DNA of 64,000 nucleotides from NCBI RefSeq assembly GCF_988242995.1, contig NZ_OZ547043.1; one strand, 5' to 3'. Shown piece by piece: positions 55,987 to 64,000 of this stretch (position 1 is its first letter; each line of letters starts with the position of its first letter). The notes under the pieces were generated by a model. It saw only the letters and a program-made list of their open reading frames with translations, ran no database searches and was not told where the DNA came from. The position numbers and the translations under genes were made by a program.

Positions 55987-56517
55987 TTATTTATTCTTTG
56001 CGCGCTCGAAGGAGGCAACGATTTCAGCTTTAGCGGCTTCTGCGTTTTCCCAGCCTTCAACTTTCACCCACTTGCCTTTTTCGAGGTCTTTGTAGTGCTC
56101 GAAGAAGTGAGCGATCTGTGCTTTCAGCAGTTCAGGCAGATCGTTAACGTCTTTAATGTGATCGTATTCTTTGCTCAGCTTGCTGTGCGGAACCGCAACC
56201 AGTTTCGCATCTTCACCGGCTTCGTCGGTCATTTTCAGAACGCCAACAGGACGGCAACGGATCACAGAACCCGGCTGCAGCGGGTACGGAGTCGGGACCA
56301 GTACGTCAACCGGGTCACCGTCCAGAGACAGGGTGTGGTTGATGTAACCGTAGTTGCACGGATAGAACATCGCGGTGGACATGAAGCGGTCAACGAACAG
56401 TGCGCCGCTCTCTTTGTCGATTTCGTATTTGATCGGATCTGCGTTAGCCGGGATCTCAATAACAACGTAGATGTCTTCCGGCAGATCTTTACCCGCAGGG
56501 ACGTTGAGTAAGCTCAT
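55987..56517 (-). CDS. ppa: inorganic pyrophosphatase
   Basis: 176-aa [38 protein letters not shown]... Confidence 0.97.
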   Translation of the reverse strand: MSLLNVPAGKDLPEDIYVVIEIPANADPIKYEIDKESGALFVDRFMSTAMFYPCNYGYINHTLSLDGDPVDVLVPTPYPLQPGSVIRCRPVGVLKMTDEAGEDAKLVAVPHSKLSKEYDHIKDVNDLPELLKAQIAHFFEHYKDLEKGKWVKVEGWENAEAAKAEIVASFERAKNK

Positions 56518-56735
56518 GTCTGTTTCCTTTAAAAATATGTGGCAAACAAGTGCCGAGTATTATAGCCAACTCGCGCCGAATGTCTTCGCTTGTTTTCTTC
56601 TTCATTTTCCTTTTTAGCCAGTTTTAAGATGGTTTAAAGAGCAGGAAAATCCATAACCGTAGCCGCATTTTTCATAGTGAGATGAAAGCGATTACAAACT
56701 TGTGATTAACGTTTTATTTACTTTTTTGAAGTGTG

Positions 56736-56756
56736 ATGTAACGCAATCCGTTACAT
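56736..56756. promoter_or_regulatory. candidate repressor operator upstream of ytfQ
   Basis: 8-5-8 inverted repeat atgtaacg-caatc-cgttacat about 70 bp upstream of ytfQ ATG, next to a TATAGT -10-like hexamer. Confidence 0.4.
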
Positions 56757-56826
56757 AACGAATTGTCTATAGTTTTTTCGCGAACATCTTTTCACCAATA
56801 ATAATTACCCCGACGAGGACAACCCT

Positions 56827-57783
56827 ATGTGGAAACGCTTACTTGTAGTCTCTGCAGTCTCGGCAGCCATGTCGTCTATGGCGTTGGCAGCTCCATTAAC
56901 CGTAGGATTTTCGCAGGTCGGATCGGAATCCGGCTGGCGCGCCGCAGAAACCAATGTGGCGAAAAGTGAAGCCGAAAAGCGCGGAATTACGTTGAAAATT
57001 GCCGATGGTCAGCAAAAGCAGGAAAACCAGATTAAAGCGGTACGTTCCTTCGTCGCGCAAGGGGTGGATGCGATCTTTATCGCTCCGGTGGTAGCGACCG
57101 GTTGGGAGCCGGTATTAAAAGAGGCGAAAGATGCCGAAATCCCGGTCTTCTTGCTTGACCGTTCCATCGATGTGAAAGACAAATCTCTCTATATGACCAC
57201 TGTCACCGCCGACAACATCCTCGAAGGCAAGTTGATTGGTGACTGGCTGGTAAAAGAAGTGAATGGCAAACCATGCAACGTGGTGGAGTTGCAAGGCACC
57301 GTTGGGGCCAGCGTCGCCATTGACCGTAAGAAAGGCTTTGCCGAAGCCATTAAGAATGCGCCAAATATCAAAATTATCCGCTCGCAGTCAGGTGACTTCA
57401 CCCGCAGCAAAGGCAAAGAAGTGATGGAGAGCTTTATCAAAGCGGAAAACAACGGCAAAAACATCTGCATGGTTTACGCCCATAACGATGACATGGTGAT
57501 TGGTGCAATTCAGGCAATTAAAGAAGCGGGCCTGAAACCGGGCAAAGATATCCTGACAGGCTCTATCGACGGCGTGCCGGACATCTACAAAGCGATGATT
57601 GATGGCGAAGCGAACGCCAGTGTTGAACTGACGCCGAATATGGCAGGTCCCGCCTTCGACGCGCTGGAGAAATACAAAAAAGACGGCACCATGCCTGAAA
57701 AGCTGACCCTGACCAAGTCCACCCTTTACCTGCCTGATACCGCAAAAGAAGAGTTAGAGAAGAAGAAAAACATGGGGTATTGA
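56827..57783 (+). CDS. ytfQ: galactofuranose ABC transporter periplasmic binding protein YtfQ
   Basis: 318-aa ORF with signal peptide. Confidence 0.92.
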   Translation: MWKRLLVVSAVSAAMSSMALAAPLTVGFSQVGSESGWRAAETNVAKSEAEKRGITLKIADGQQKQENQIKAVRSFVAQGVDAIFIAPVVATGWEPVLKEAKDAEIPVFLLDRSIDVKDKSLYMTTVTADNILEGKLIGDWLVKEVNGKPCNVVELQGTVGASVAIDRKKGFAEAIKNAPNIKIIRSQSGDFTRSKGKEVMESFIKAENNGKNICMVYAHNDDMVIGAIQAIKEAGLKPGKDILTGSIDGVPDIYKAMIDGEANASVELTPNMAGPAFDALEKYKKDGTMPEKLTLTKSTLYLPDTAKEELEKKKNMGY

Positions 57784-57794
57784 GGGGCATCAAT

Positions 57795-57890
57795 GCCTGA
57801 TGCCGACTTGTGGGCCGCCGGATAAGGCATTCACGCCGCATCCGGCGGTTGTGCGAGATGCCTGATGCGACGCAGTTGTGTCTTATCTGG
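57795..57890. repeat. REP element cluster
   Basis: gcctgatgccgac...gccggataaggcattcacgccgcatccggcgg...gcctgatgcgacgc. Confidence 0.7.
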
Positions 57891-57915
57891 CGCACGCTTT
57901 ACAACGGGGGAAACT

Positions 57916-59418
57916 ATGAATACTAACCAACACCAGGAAATCCTCCGCACCGAAGGATTAAGTAAATTTTTCCCCGGCGTCAAAGCGTTAGATAACGTTA
58001 ATTTCAGCCTGCGCCGTGGTGAAATCATGGCGCTGCTCGGTGAAAACGGGGCGGGAAAATCAACGCTAATCAAAGCCTTAACCGGTGTCTACCACGCCGA
58101 TCGTGGCACCATCTGGCTGGAAGGCCAGACTATCTCACCGAAAAATACCGCCCACGCACAACAACTCGGCATCGGCACCGTCTATCAGGAAGTCAACCTG
58201 CTACCCAATATGTCGGTCGCTGATAATCTATTCATAGGTCGCGAACCCAAACGTTTCGGCCTTCTACGCCGTAAAGAGATGGAAAAGCGCGCCACCGAAC
58301 TGATGGCATCTTACGGTTTCTCCCTCGACGTGCGCGAACCGCTCAACCGCTTTTCAGTGGCGATGCAGCAAATCGTCGCCATTTGCCGGGCTATCGATCT
58401 CTCTGCCAAAGTGCTGATCCTCGATGAACCCACTGCCAGTCTCGACACTCAGGAAGTAGAGTTACTGTTTGGCCTGATGCGTCAGTTGCGCGATCGCGGC
58501 GTCAGCCTGATCTTTGTCACTCACTTTCTCGATCAGGTCTATCAGGTCAGCGATCGGATCACCGTCTTACGCAACGGCAGTTTCGTAGGCTGTCGGGAAA
58601 CCCGCGAGCTACCGCAGATCGAACTGGTAAAAATGATGCTGGGGCGCGAGCTGGGCACCCACGCGCTACAGCGTGCCGGACGAACATTGCTGAGCGACAA
58701 ACCCGTTGCCGCGTTCAAAAATTACGGCAAAAAAGGAACGATCGCACCGTTTGATCTCGAAGTACGCCCCGGCGAGATCGTTGGCCTGGCAGGCTTGCTG
58801 GGATCAGGACGTACCGAAACCGCCGAAGTGATCTTCGGGATCAAACCTGCTGACAGCGGCACGGCGTTGATCAAAGGCAAACAGCAAACCCTGCGATCGC
58901 CACATCAGGCTTCGGTACTGGGTATCGGCTTCTGCCCGGAAGACAGGAAAACCGATGGCATCATCGCCGCCGCCTCGGTGCGGGAAAATATCATCCTCGC
59001 TCTCCAGGCCCAGCGCGGCTGGCTGCGACCAATTTCCCGCAAAGAGCAGCAAGAGATTGCCGAACGCTTTATCCGCCAGCTTGGCATTCGCACACCTTCC
59101 ACCGAACAACCGATTGAATTTCTCTCCGGCGGCAATCAGCAAAAAGTGTTGCTTTCACGTTGGCTACTGACCCGACCGCAATTTCTGATCCTCGACGAGC
59201 CAACGCGCGGAATTGATGTTGGTGCCCACGCCGAGATCATCCGCCTGATTGAAACGCTGTGCGCCGATGGGCTGGCGCTGCTGGTGATCTCCTCCGAGCT
59301 GGAAGAGCTGGTGGGCTATGCCGACCGGGTGATTATCATGCGCGATCGCAAACAGGTGGCGGAGATCCCGCTGGCAGAGCTTTCCGTTCCGGCGATCATG
59401 AACGCCATTGCGGCGTAA
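57916..59418 (+). CDS. ytfR: galactofuranose ABC transporter ATP-binding protein YtfR (duplicated ABC domains)
   Basis: ORF 57865-59418; start at MNTNQHQEILRTEG gives 500 aa; two Walker A/signature motifs. Confidence 0.92.
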   Translation: MNTNQHQEILRTEGLSKFFPGVKALDNVNFSLRRGEIMALLGENGAGKSTLIKALTGVYHADRGTIWLEGQTISPKNTAHAQQLGIGTVYQEVNLLPNMSVADNLFIGREPKRFGLLRRKEMEKRATELMASYGFSLDVREPLNRFSVAMQQIVAICRAIDLSAKVLILDEPTASLDTQEVELLFGLMRQLRDRGVSLIFVTHFLDQVYQVSDRITVLRNGSFVGCRETRELPQIELVKMMLGRELGTHALQRAGRTLLSDKPVAAFKNYGKKGTIAPFDLEVRPGEIVGLAGLLGSGRTETAEVIFGIKPADSGTALIKGKQQTLRSPHQASVLGIGFCPEDRKTDGIIAAASVRENIILALQAQRGWLRPISRKEQQEIAERFIRQLGIRTPSTEQPIEFLSGGNQQKVLLSRWLLTRPQFLILDEPTRGIDVGAHAEIIRLIETLCADGLALLVISSELEELVGYADRVIIMRDRKQVAEIPLAELSVPAIMNAIAA

Positions 59419-59428
59419 GGAGAACAGT

Positions 59429-60454
59429 GTGATGCCTCAATCTCTCCCGGACACTACGCCGCCGAAAAGGCGTTTTCGCTGGCCAACAGGAATGCCGCAG
59501 CTGGCGGCACTGTTGCTGGTGCTGCTGGTCGATAGCCTGGTGGCCCCGCATTTCTGGCAGGTGGTGCTTCAGGATGGGCGTTTGTTCGGTAGCCCTATCG
59601 ACATTCTTAACCGTGCGGCCCCCGTTGCGCTACTGGCGATTGGTATGACGCTGGTTATCGCCACTGGTGGGATTGATCTCTCCGTAGGGGCGGTGATGGC
59701 TATCGCCGGAGCCACAACGGCTGCGATGACGGTCGCGGGATTCAGCCTGCCGATTGTTTTGTTAAGCGCCCTGGGCACTGGCATCCTGGCAGGATTGTGG
59801 AACGGCATACTGGTAGCGATCCTCAAAATTCAGCCGTTTGTTGCCACCCTGATCCTGATGGTCGCCGGGCGCGGCGTGGCGCAACTGATCACCTCCGGAC
59901 AGATCGTCACGTTTAACTCGCCGGATCTCTCATGGTTTGGCAGCGGATCGCTATTGTTCCTGCCAACGCCGGTCATTATCGCGGTGCTGACGCTTCTCCT
60001 GTTCTGGCTGTTGACCCGCAAAACGGCGCTGGGGATGTTTATCGAAGCCGTTGGTATCAACATTCGGGCGGCAAAAAATGCCGGAGTCAACACGCGATTC
60101 ATCGTCATGCTCACCTACGTGTTGAGCGGGCTGTGTGCGGCGATTGCGGGCATTATCGTGGCGGCGGATATTCGCGGTGCCGATGCCAACAACGCCGGAT
60201 TATGGCTGGAGCTGGACGCCATTCTCGCGGTGGTGATTGGCGGCGGATCGCTGATGGGCGGGCGTTTTAACCTGCTGCTCTCAGTGGTAGGGGCGCTGAT
60301 TATTCAGGGGATGAACACCGGAATTTTGCTTTCGGGCTTTCCGCCGGAGATGAACCAGGTGGTGAAAGCGGTGGTGGTGCTTTGCGTGCTGATTGTCCAG
60401 TCGCAACGCTTTATCAGTCTGATTAAAGGAGTGCGTAGCCGTGATAAAACGTAA
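59429..60454 (+). CDS. ytfT: galactofuranose ABC transporter permease YtfT
   Basis: ORF 59408-60454; GTG 59429 (341 aa) preferred, ATG 59432 equally plausible; aaggag SD at 59417-59422. Confidence 0.88.
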   Translation: MMPQSLPDTTPPKRRFRWPTGMPQLAALLLVLLVDSLVAPHFWQVVLQDGRLFGSPIDILNRAAPVALLAIGMTLVIATGGIDLSVGAVMAIAGATTAAMTVAGFSLPIVLLSALGTGILAGLWNGILVAILKIQPFVATLILMVAGRGVAQLITSGQIVTFNSPDLSWFGSGSLLFLPTPVIIAVLTLLLFWLLTRKTALGMFIEAVGINIRAAKNAGVNTRFIVMLTYVLSGLCAAIAGIIVAADIRGADANNAGLWLELDAILAVVIGGGSLMGGRFNLLLSVVGALIIQGMNTGILLSGFPPEMNQVVKAVVVLCVLIVQSQRFISLIKGVRSRDKT

Positions 60455-61436
60455 TTTGCCACTGATGATCACCATCGGCGTCTTTGTGCTGGGTTATTTC
60501 TACTGCCTGACCCAGTTTCCCGGTTTTGCTTCCACAAGAGTGATCTGCAATATCCTGACCGATAACGCTTTTCTGGGGATCATCGCTGTTGGCATGACCT
60601 TTGTGATCCTCTCCGGTGGGATCGATCTCTCCGTCGGTTCGGTGATCGCCTTTACCGGCGTGTTTCTGGCAAAAGTGATTGGCGATTTCGGCCTCTCGCC
60701 GCTGCTGGCGTTTCCACTGGTGCTGGTGATGGGCTGTGCCTTTGGCGCATTTATGGGGCTTTTGATCGACGCCCTGAAGATCCCGGCGTTTATCATTACT
60801 CTGGCAGGAATGTTCTTTTTGCGTGGCGTCAGCTATCTCGTTTCGGAAGAGTCGATCCCGATAAATCATCCTGTTTATGACACGCTCTCAAGCCTTGCAT
60901 GGAAAATCCCTGGCGGCGGTCGCTTAAGTGCGATGGGGCTGCTGATGCTGGCGGTGGTGGTTATCGGCATATTCCTCGCGCATCGTACGCGTTTTGGTAA
61001 TCAGGTGTACGCCATTGGCGGCAACACAACGTCGGCGAACCTGATGGGGATTTCCACGCGCAGCACCACTATTCGCATTTATATGCTCTCCACCGGACTG
61101 GCAACGCTGGCGGGGATTGTCTTCTCGATTTATACCCAGGCTGGATATGCGCTGGCGGGCGTAGGTGTGGAACTGGACGCTATCGCCTCAGTGGTGATTG
61201 GCGGTACGCTTTTGAGCGGTGGCGTTGGAACGGTATTAGGGACGCTTTTTGGCGTGGCGATTCAGGGACTGATTCAGACTTACATAAACTTTGATGGCAC
61301 GCTGAGCTCATGGTGGACGAAAATCGCCATCGGTATTTTGTTGTTTATTTTTATAGCATTACAGCGTGGATTAACGGTGCTGTGGGAGAATCGTCAGAGT
61401 TCGCCAGTGACAAGAGTCAACATTGCGCAGCAATAA
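60441..61436 (+). CDS. yjfF: galactofuranose ABC transporter permease YjfF
   Basis: 331-aa ORF, GTG start, overlaps ytfT 3' end. Confidence 0.9.
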   Translation: MIKRNLPLMITIGVFVLGYFYCLTQFPGFASTRVICNILTDNAFLGIIAVGMTFVILSGGIDLSVGSVIAFTGVFLAKVIGDFGLSPLLAFPLVLVMGCAFGAFMGLLIDALKIPAFIITLAGMFFLRGVSYLVSEESIPINHPVYDTLSSLAWKIPGGGRLSAMGLLMLAVVVIGIFLAHRTRFGNQVYAIGGNTTSANLMGISTRSTTIRIYMLSTGLATLAGIVFSIYTQAGYALAGVGVELDAIASVVIGGTLLSGGVGTVLGTLFGVAIQGLIQTYINFDGTLSSWWTKIAIGILLFIFIALQRGLTVLWENRQSSPVTRVNIAQQ

Positions 61437-61460
61437 AAACGCCTCTCCGTGTGGAGAGGC
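61435..61460 (-). terminator. rho-independent terminator of fbp (also lies just after yjfF)
   Basis: gcctctcc-gtgt-ggagaggc hairpin; A-run on plus strand gives U-run on the fbp (minus) transcript. Confidence 0.65.
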
Positions 61461-61468
61461 GCAGGAGA

Positions 61469-62467
61469 TTACGCGTCCGGGAATTCACGGATAAAGCGTT
61501 CGACATCTTCAACCATATGGTCGTTGCCGACAAAGAACGAACGGCGCTGGTGCAGGGTTTCCGGGATGATATCCAGAATACGCTCTTTGCCATCGCTCGC
61601 TTTACCGCCCGCTTGTTCCGCCAGGAATGCCATCGGGTTGCACTCATACAGCAAACGCAGTTTACCGTCCGGGTGGCTGGCGGTGCTTGGGTAGAGATAA
61701 ATCCCACCTTTCAGCAGGTTACGGTGGAAATCCGCGACCAGTGAACCGATATAACGTGAGGTATACGGGCGATTGGTGGACTTATCTTCTTCCTGGCAGA
61801 ATTTAATGTACTTCTTCACCCCGTTCGGAAACTTAATGTAGTTTCCTTCGTTGATGGAGTAGGTTTTGCCTTTCTCCGGGAAGCGCATCCGTTCCTGGCA
61901 CAGGCAGAAAACGCCGAGCGAAGGATCGTAAGTAAAGGCGTGAACACCGCATCCGGTGGTGTAAACCAGCATGGTAGAGGAGCCGTATACCACGTAACCT
62001 GCCGCAACCTGTTTGTTACCAGGCTGGAGGAAATCTTCTTCCGTTACCGGCGTGCCAACAGGCGTAACGCGGCGGTAGATGGAGAAAATGGTACCGACAG
62101 AGACGTTAACATCGATGTTGGACGAGCCATCCAGGGGGTCCATCAGCACCACGTATTTTGCGTGTTCACAGCCTTCAAAGACGACAATCTCATCTTCTTC
62201 TTCAGAGGCAATGCCCGCAACGATATCGCGTGCTTTCAGTGCGGCTTTCAGTTTTTCATTAGCGAACAAGTCGAGTTTCTGCTGAACCTCGCCCTGCACG
62301 TTCTCAGCACCGCTGGCACCCAGGATATCAACCAGTCCTGCTTTGTTGATATCGCGATGGATAATCTTGGCGCCCAGTTTTATTGCCGACAGCAAAGCAG
62401 TGAGCTCACCGGTAGCATGAGAAAACTCGTGCTGCTTTTCGACAATAAATTCACCTAACGTTTTCAT
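61469..62467 (-). CDS. fbp: fructose-1,6-bisphosphatase class 1
   Basis: ORF 61469-62530; start at [15 protein letters not shown] gives 332 aa. Confidence 0.95.
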
Positions 62468-62642
62468 AAAACTTTCCCTGCAATGTTTATGGAGTAAAGC
62501 GACCGCAACAATCTTAACAAATAATCTCAATGTTGCGCTCAGGTGAATCGCGCCAGCAAATTACGGATTATCCTGAAATGCGTTTCTCACTTGCCCGACA
62601 TATGCGTAAAATGAGCGGCAGATTAAAAAAGGATAGTGACGT

Positions 62643-64000
62643 ATGCGCATTCATATTTTAGGAATTTGTGGCACGTTTATGGGCGGTCTGGCGATGCTGG
62701 CGCGCCAGTTAGGCCATGAAGTAACGGGTTCGGACGCCAATGTGTATCCGCCGATGAGCACCTTACTTGAGAAGCAAGGCATTGAACTGATTCAGGGTTA
62801 CGATGCCAGCCAGCTCGAACCGCAGCCGGATCTGGTGATTATTGGCAACGCCATGACCCGTGGAAATCCGTGTGTGGAAGCGGTACTGGAAAAAAACATC
62901 CCTTATATGTCAGGTCCACAGTGGCTGCACGATTTTGTGCTGCGCGACCGCTGGGTGCTGGCCGTTGCCGGTACACACGGCAAAACTACCACCGCGGGAA
63001 TGGCGACCTGGATTCTGGAACAGTGCGGTTACAAACCGGGATTTGTGATCGGCGGTGTGCCGGGGAACTTTGAGGTTTCGGCGCGTCTGGGCGAAAGCGA
63101 CTTCTTTGTTATCGAAGCGGATGAGTATGACTGCGCCTTCTTCGACAAACGCTCTAAATTTGTCCATTACTGCCCGCGTACGCTGATCCTCAACAACCTT
63201 GAGTTCGATCACGCCGATATCTTTGACGACCTGAAAGCGATCCAGAAACAGTTCCACCATCTGGTGCGTATCGTTCCGGGGCAGGGCCGTATTATCTGGC
63301 CGGAAAACGACATCAACCTGAAACAGACCATGGCGATGGGCTGCTGGAGCGAGCAGGAGCTGGTGGGCGAGCAGGGTCACTGGCAGGCGAAAAAGCTGAC
63401 CACCGATGCTTCCGAATGGGAAGTCTTGCTGGATGGCGAAAAAGTGGGCGAAGTGAAATGGTCGCTGGTAGGCGAACATAATATGCATAATGGCCTGATG
63501 GCGATTGCGGCGGCCCGCCATGTTGGCGTAGCGCCGGCAGATGCCGCTAACGCGCTGGGTTCGTTTATTAATGCTCGTCGCCGTCTGGAGTTGCGTGGTG
63601 AAGCCAATGGCGTGACGGTATATGACGATTTCGCCCATCACCCGACTGCGATTCTGGCAACGCTGGCGGCGCTGCGTGGCAAAGTTGGCGGTACGGCGCG
63701 CATTATTGCCGTGCTGGAGCCGCGTTCGAATACCATGAAAATGGGGATCTGCAAAGACGATCTGGCACCTTCATTAGGTCGTGCCGATGAAGTCTTCCTG
63801 CTGCAACCGGCACATATTCCGTGGCAGGTGGCAGAAGTGGCAGAAGCCTGCGTTCAGCCTGCACACTGGAGTGGCGATGTGGATACGCTGGCAGATATGG
63901 TGGTGAAAACCGCTCAGCCTGGCGACCATATTCTGGTGATGAGCAACGGCGGTTTTGGTGGGATCCATCAGAAACTGCTGGATGGGCTGGCGAAGAAGGC
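62643..64000 (+). CDS. mpl: UDP-N-acetylmuramate:L-alanyl-gamma-D-glutamyl-meso-diaminopimelate ligase Mpl, 5' portion (continues past window end)
   Basis: ATG 62643 then MRIHILGICGTFMGGLAMLARQLGHEVTGSDANVYPPMST...; Mur-ligase motif AVAGTHGKTTT; no stop in window, so absent from ORF track. Confidence 0.9.
   Translation, partial: MRIHILGICGTFMGGLAMLARQLGHEVTGSDANVYPPMSTLLEKQGIELIQGYDASQLEPQPDLVIIGNAMTRGNPCVEAVLEKNIPYMSGPQWLHDFVLRDRWVLAVAGTHGKTTTAGMATWILEQCGYKPGFVIGGVPGNFEVSARLGESDFFVIEADEYDCAFFDKRSKFVHYCPRTLILNNLEFDHADIFDDLKAIQKQFHHLVRIVPGQGRIIWPENDINLKQTMAMGCWSEQELVGEQGHWQAKKLTTDASEWEVLLDGEKVGEVKWSLVGEHNMHNGLMAIAAARHVGVAPADAANALGSFINARRRLELRGEANGVTVYDDFAHHPTAILATLAALRGKVGGTARIIAVLEPRSNTMKMGICKDDLAPSLGRADEVFLLQPAHIPWQVAEVAEACVQPAHWSGDVDTLADMVVKTAQPGDHILVMSNGGFGGIHQKLLDGLAKK

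Overview
This window reads as a contiguous Escherichia coli-type chromosomal segment running from queG (3' side off-window) through nnr-tsaE-amiB-mutL-miaA-hfq-hflXKC, purA, nsrR-rnr-rlmB, yjfIJKLMC, aidB, the ula (ascorbate) regulon, rpsF-priB-rpsR-rplI, fklB, cycA, ytfE, cpdB, cysQ, msrA, tamAB, chpSB, ppa, ytfQRT-yjfF and fbp to the start of mpl. Gene calls rest on the supplied six-frame translations matched against my recollection of the E. coli proteins; start codons were chosen from remembered protein lengths and may be off by a few codons. I found no rRNA, tRNA, CRISPR array or prophage. The only clear accessory element is an IS200-type insertion sequence (IS200/IS605 family, HuH transposase) between ytfK and ytfL. 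I did not find a convincing wholly novel system. The best candidates for follow-up are the uncharacterised yjfI-yjfC cluster (PspA-like protein plus an ATP-grasp ligase homologue), the AT-rich orphan genes yjfZ/ytfA and ytfI, and an unassigned 8-5-8 palindrome upstream of ytfQ. Four REP-type repeats and several rho-independent terminators are also annotated.
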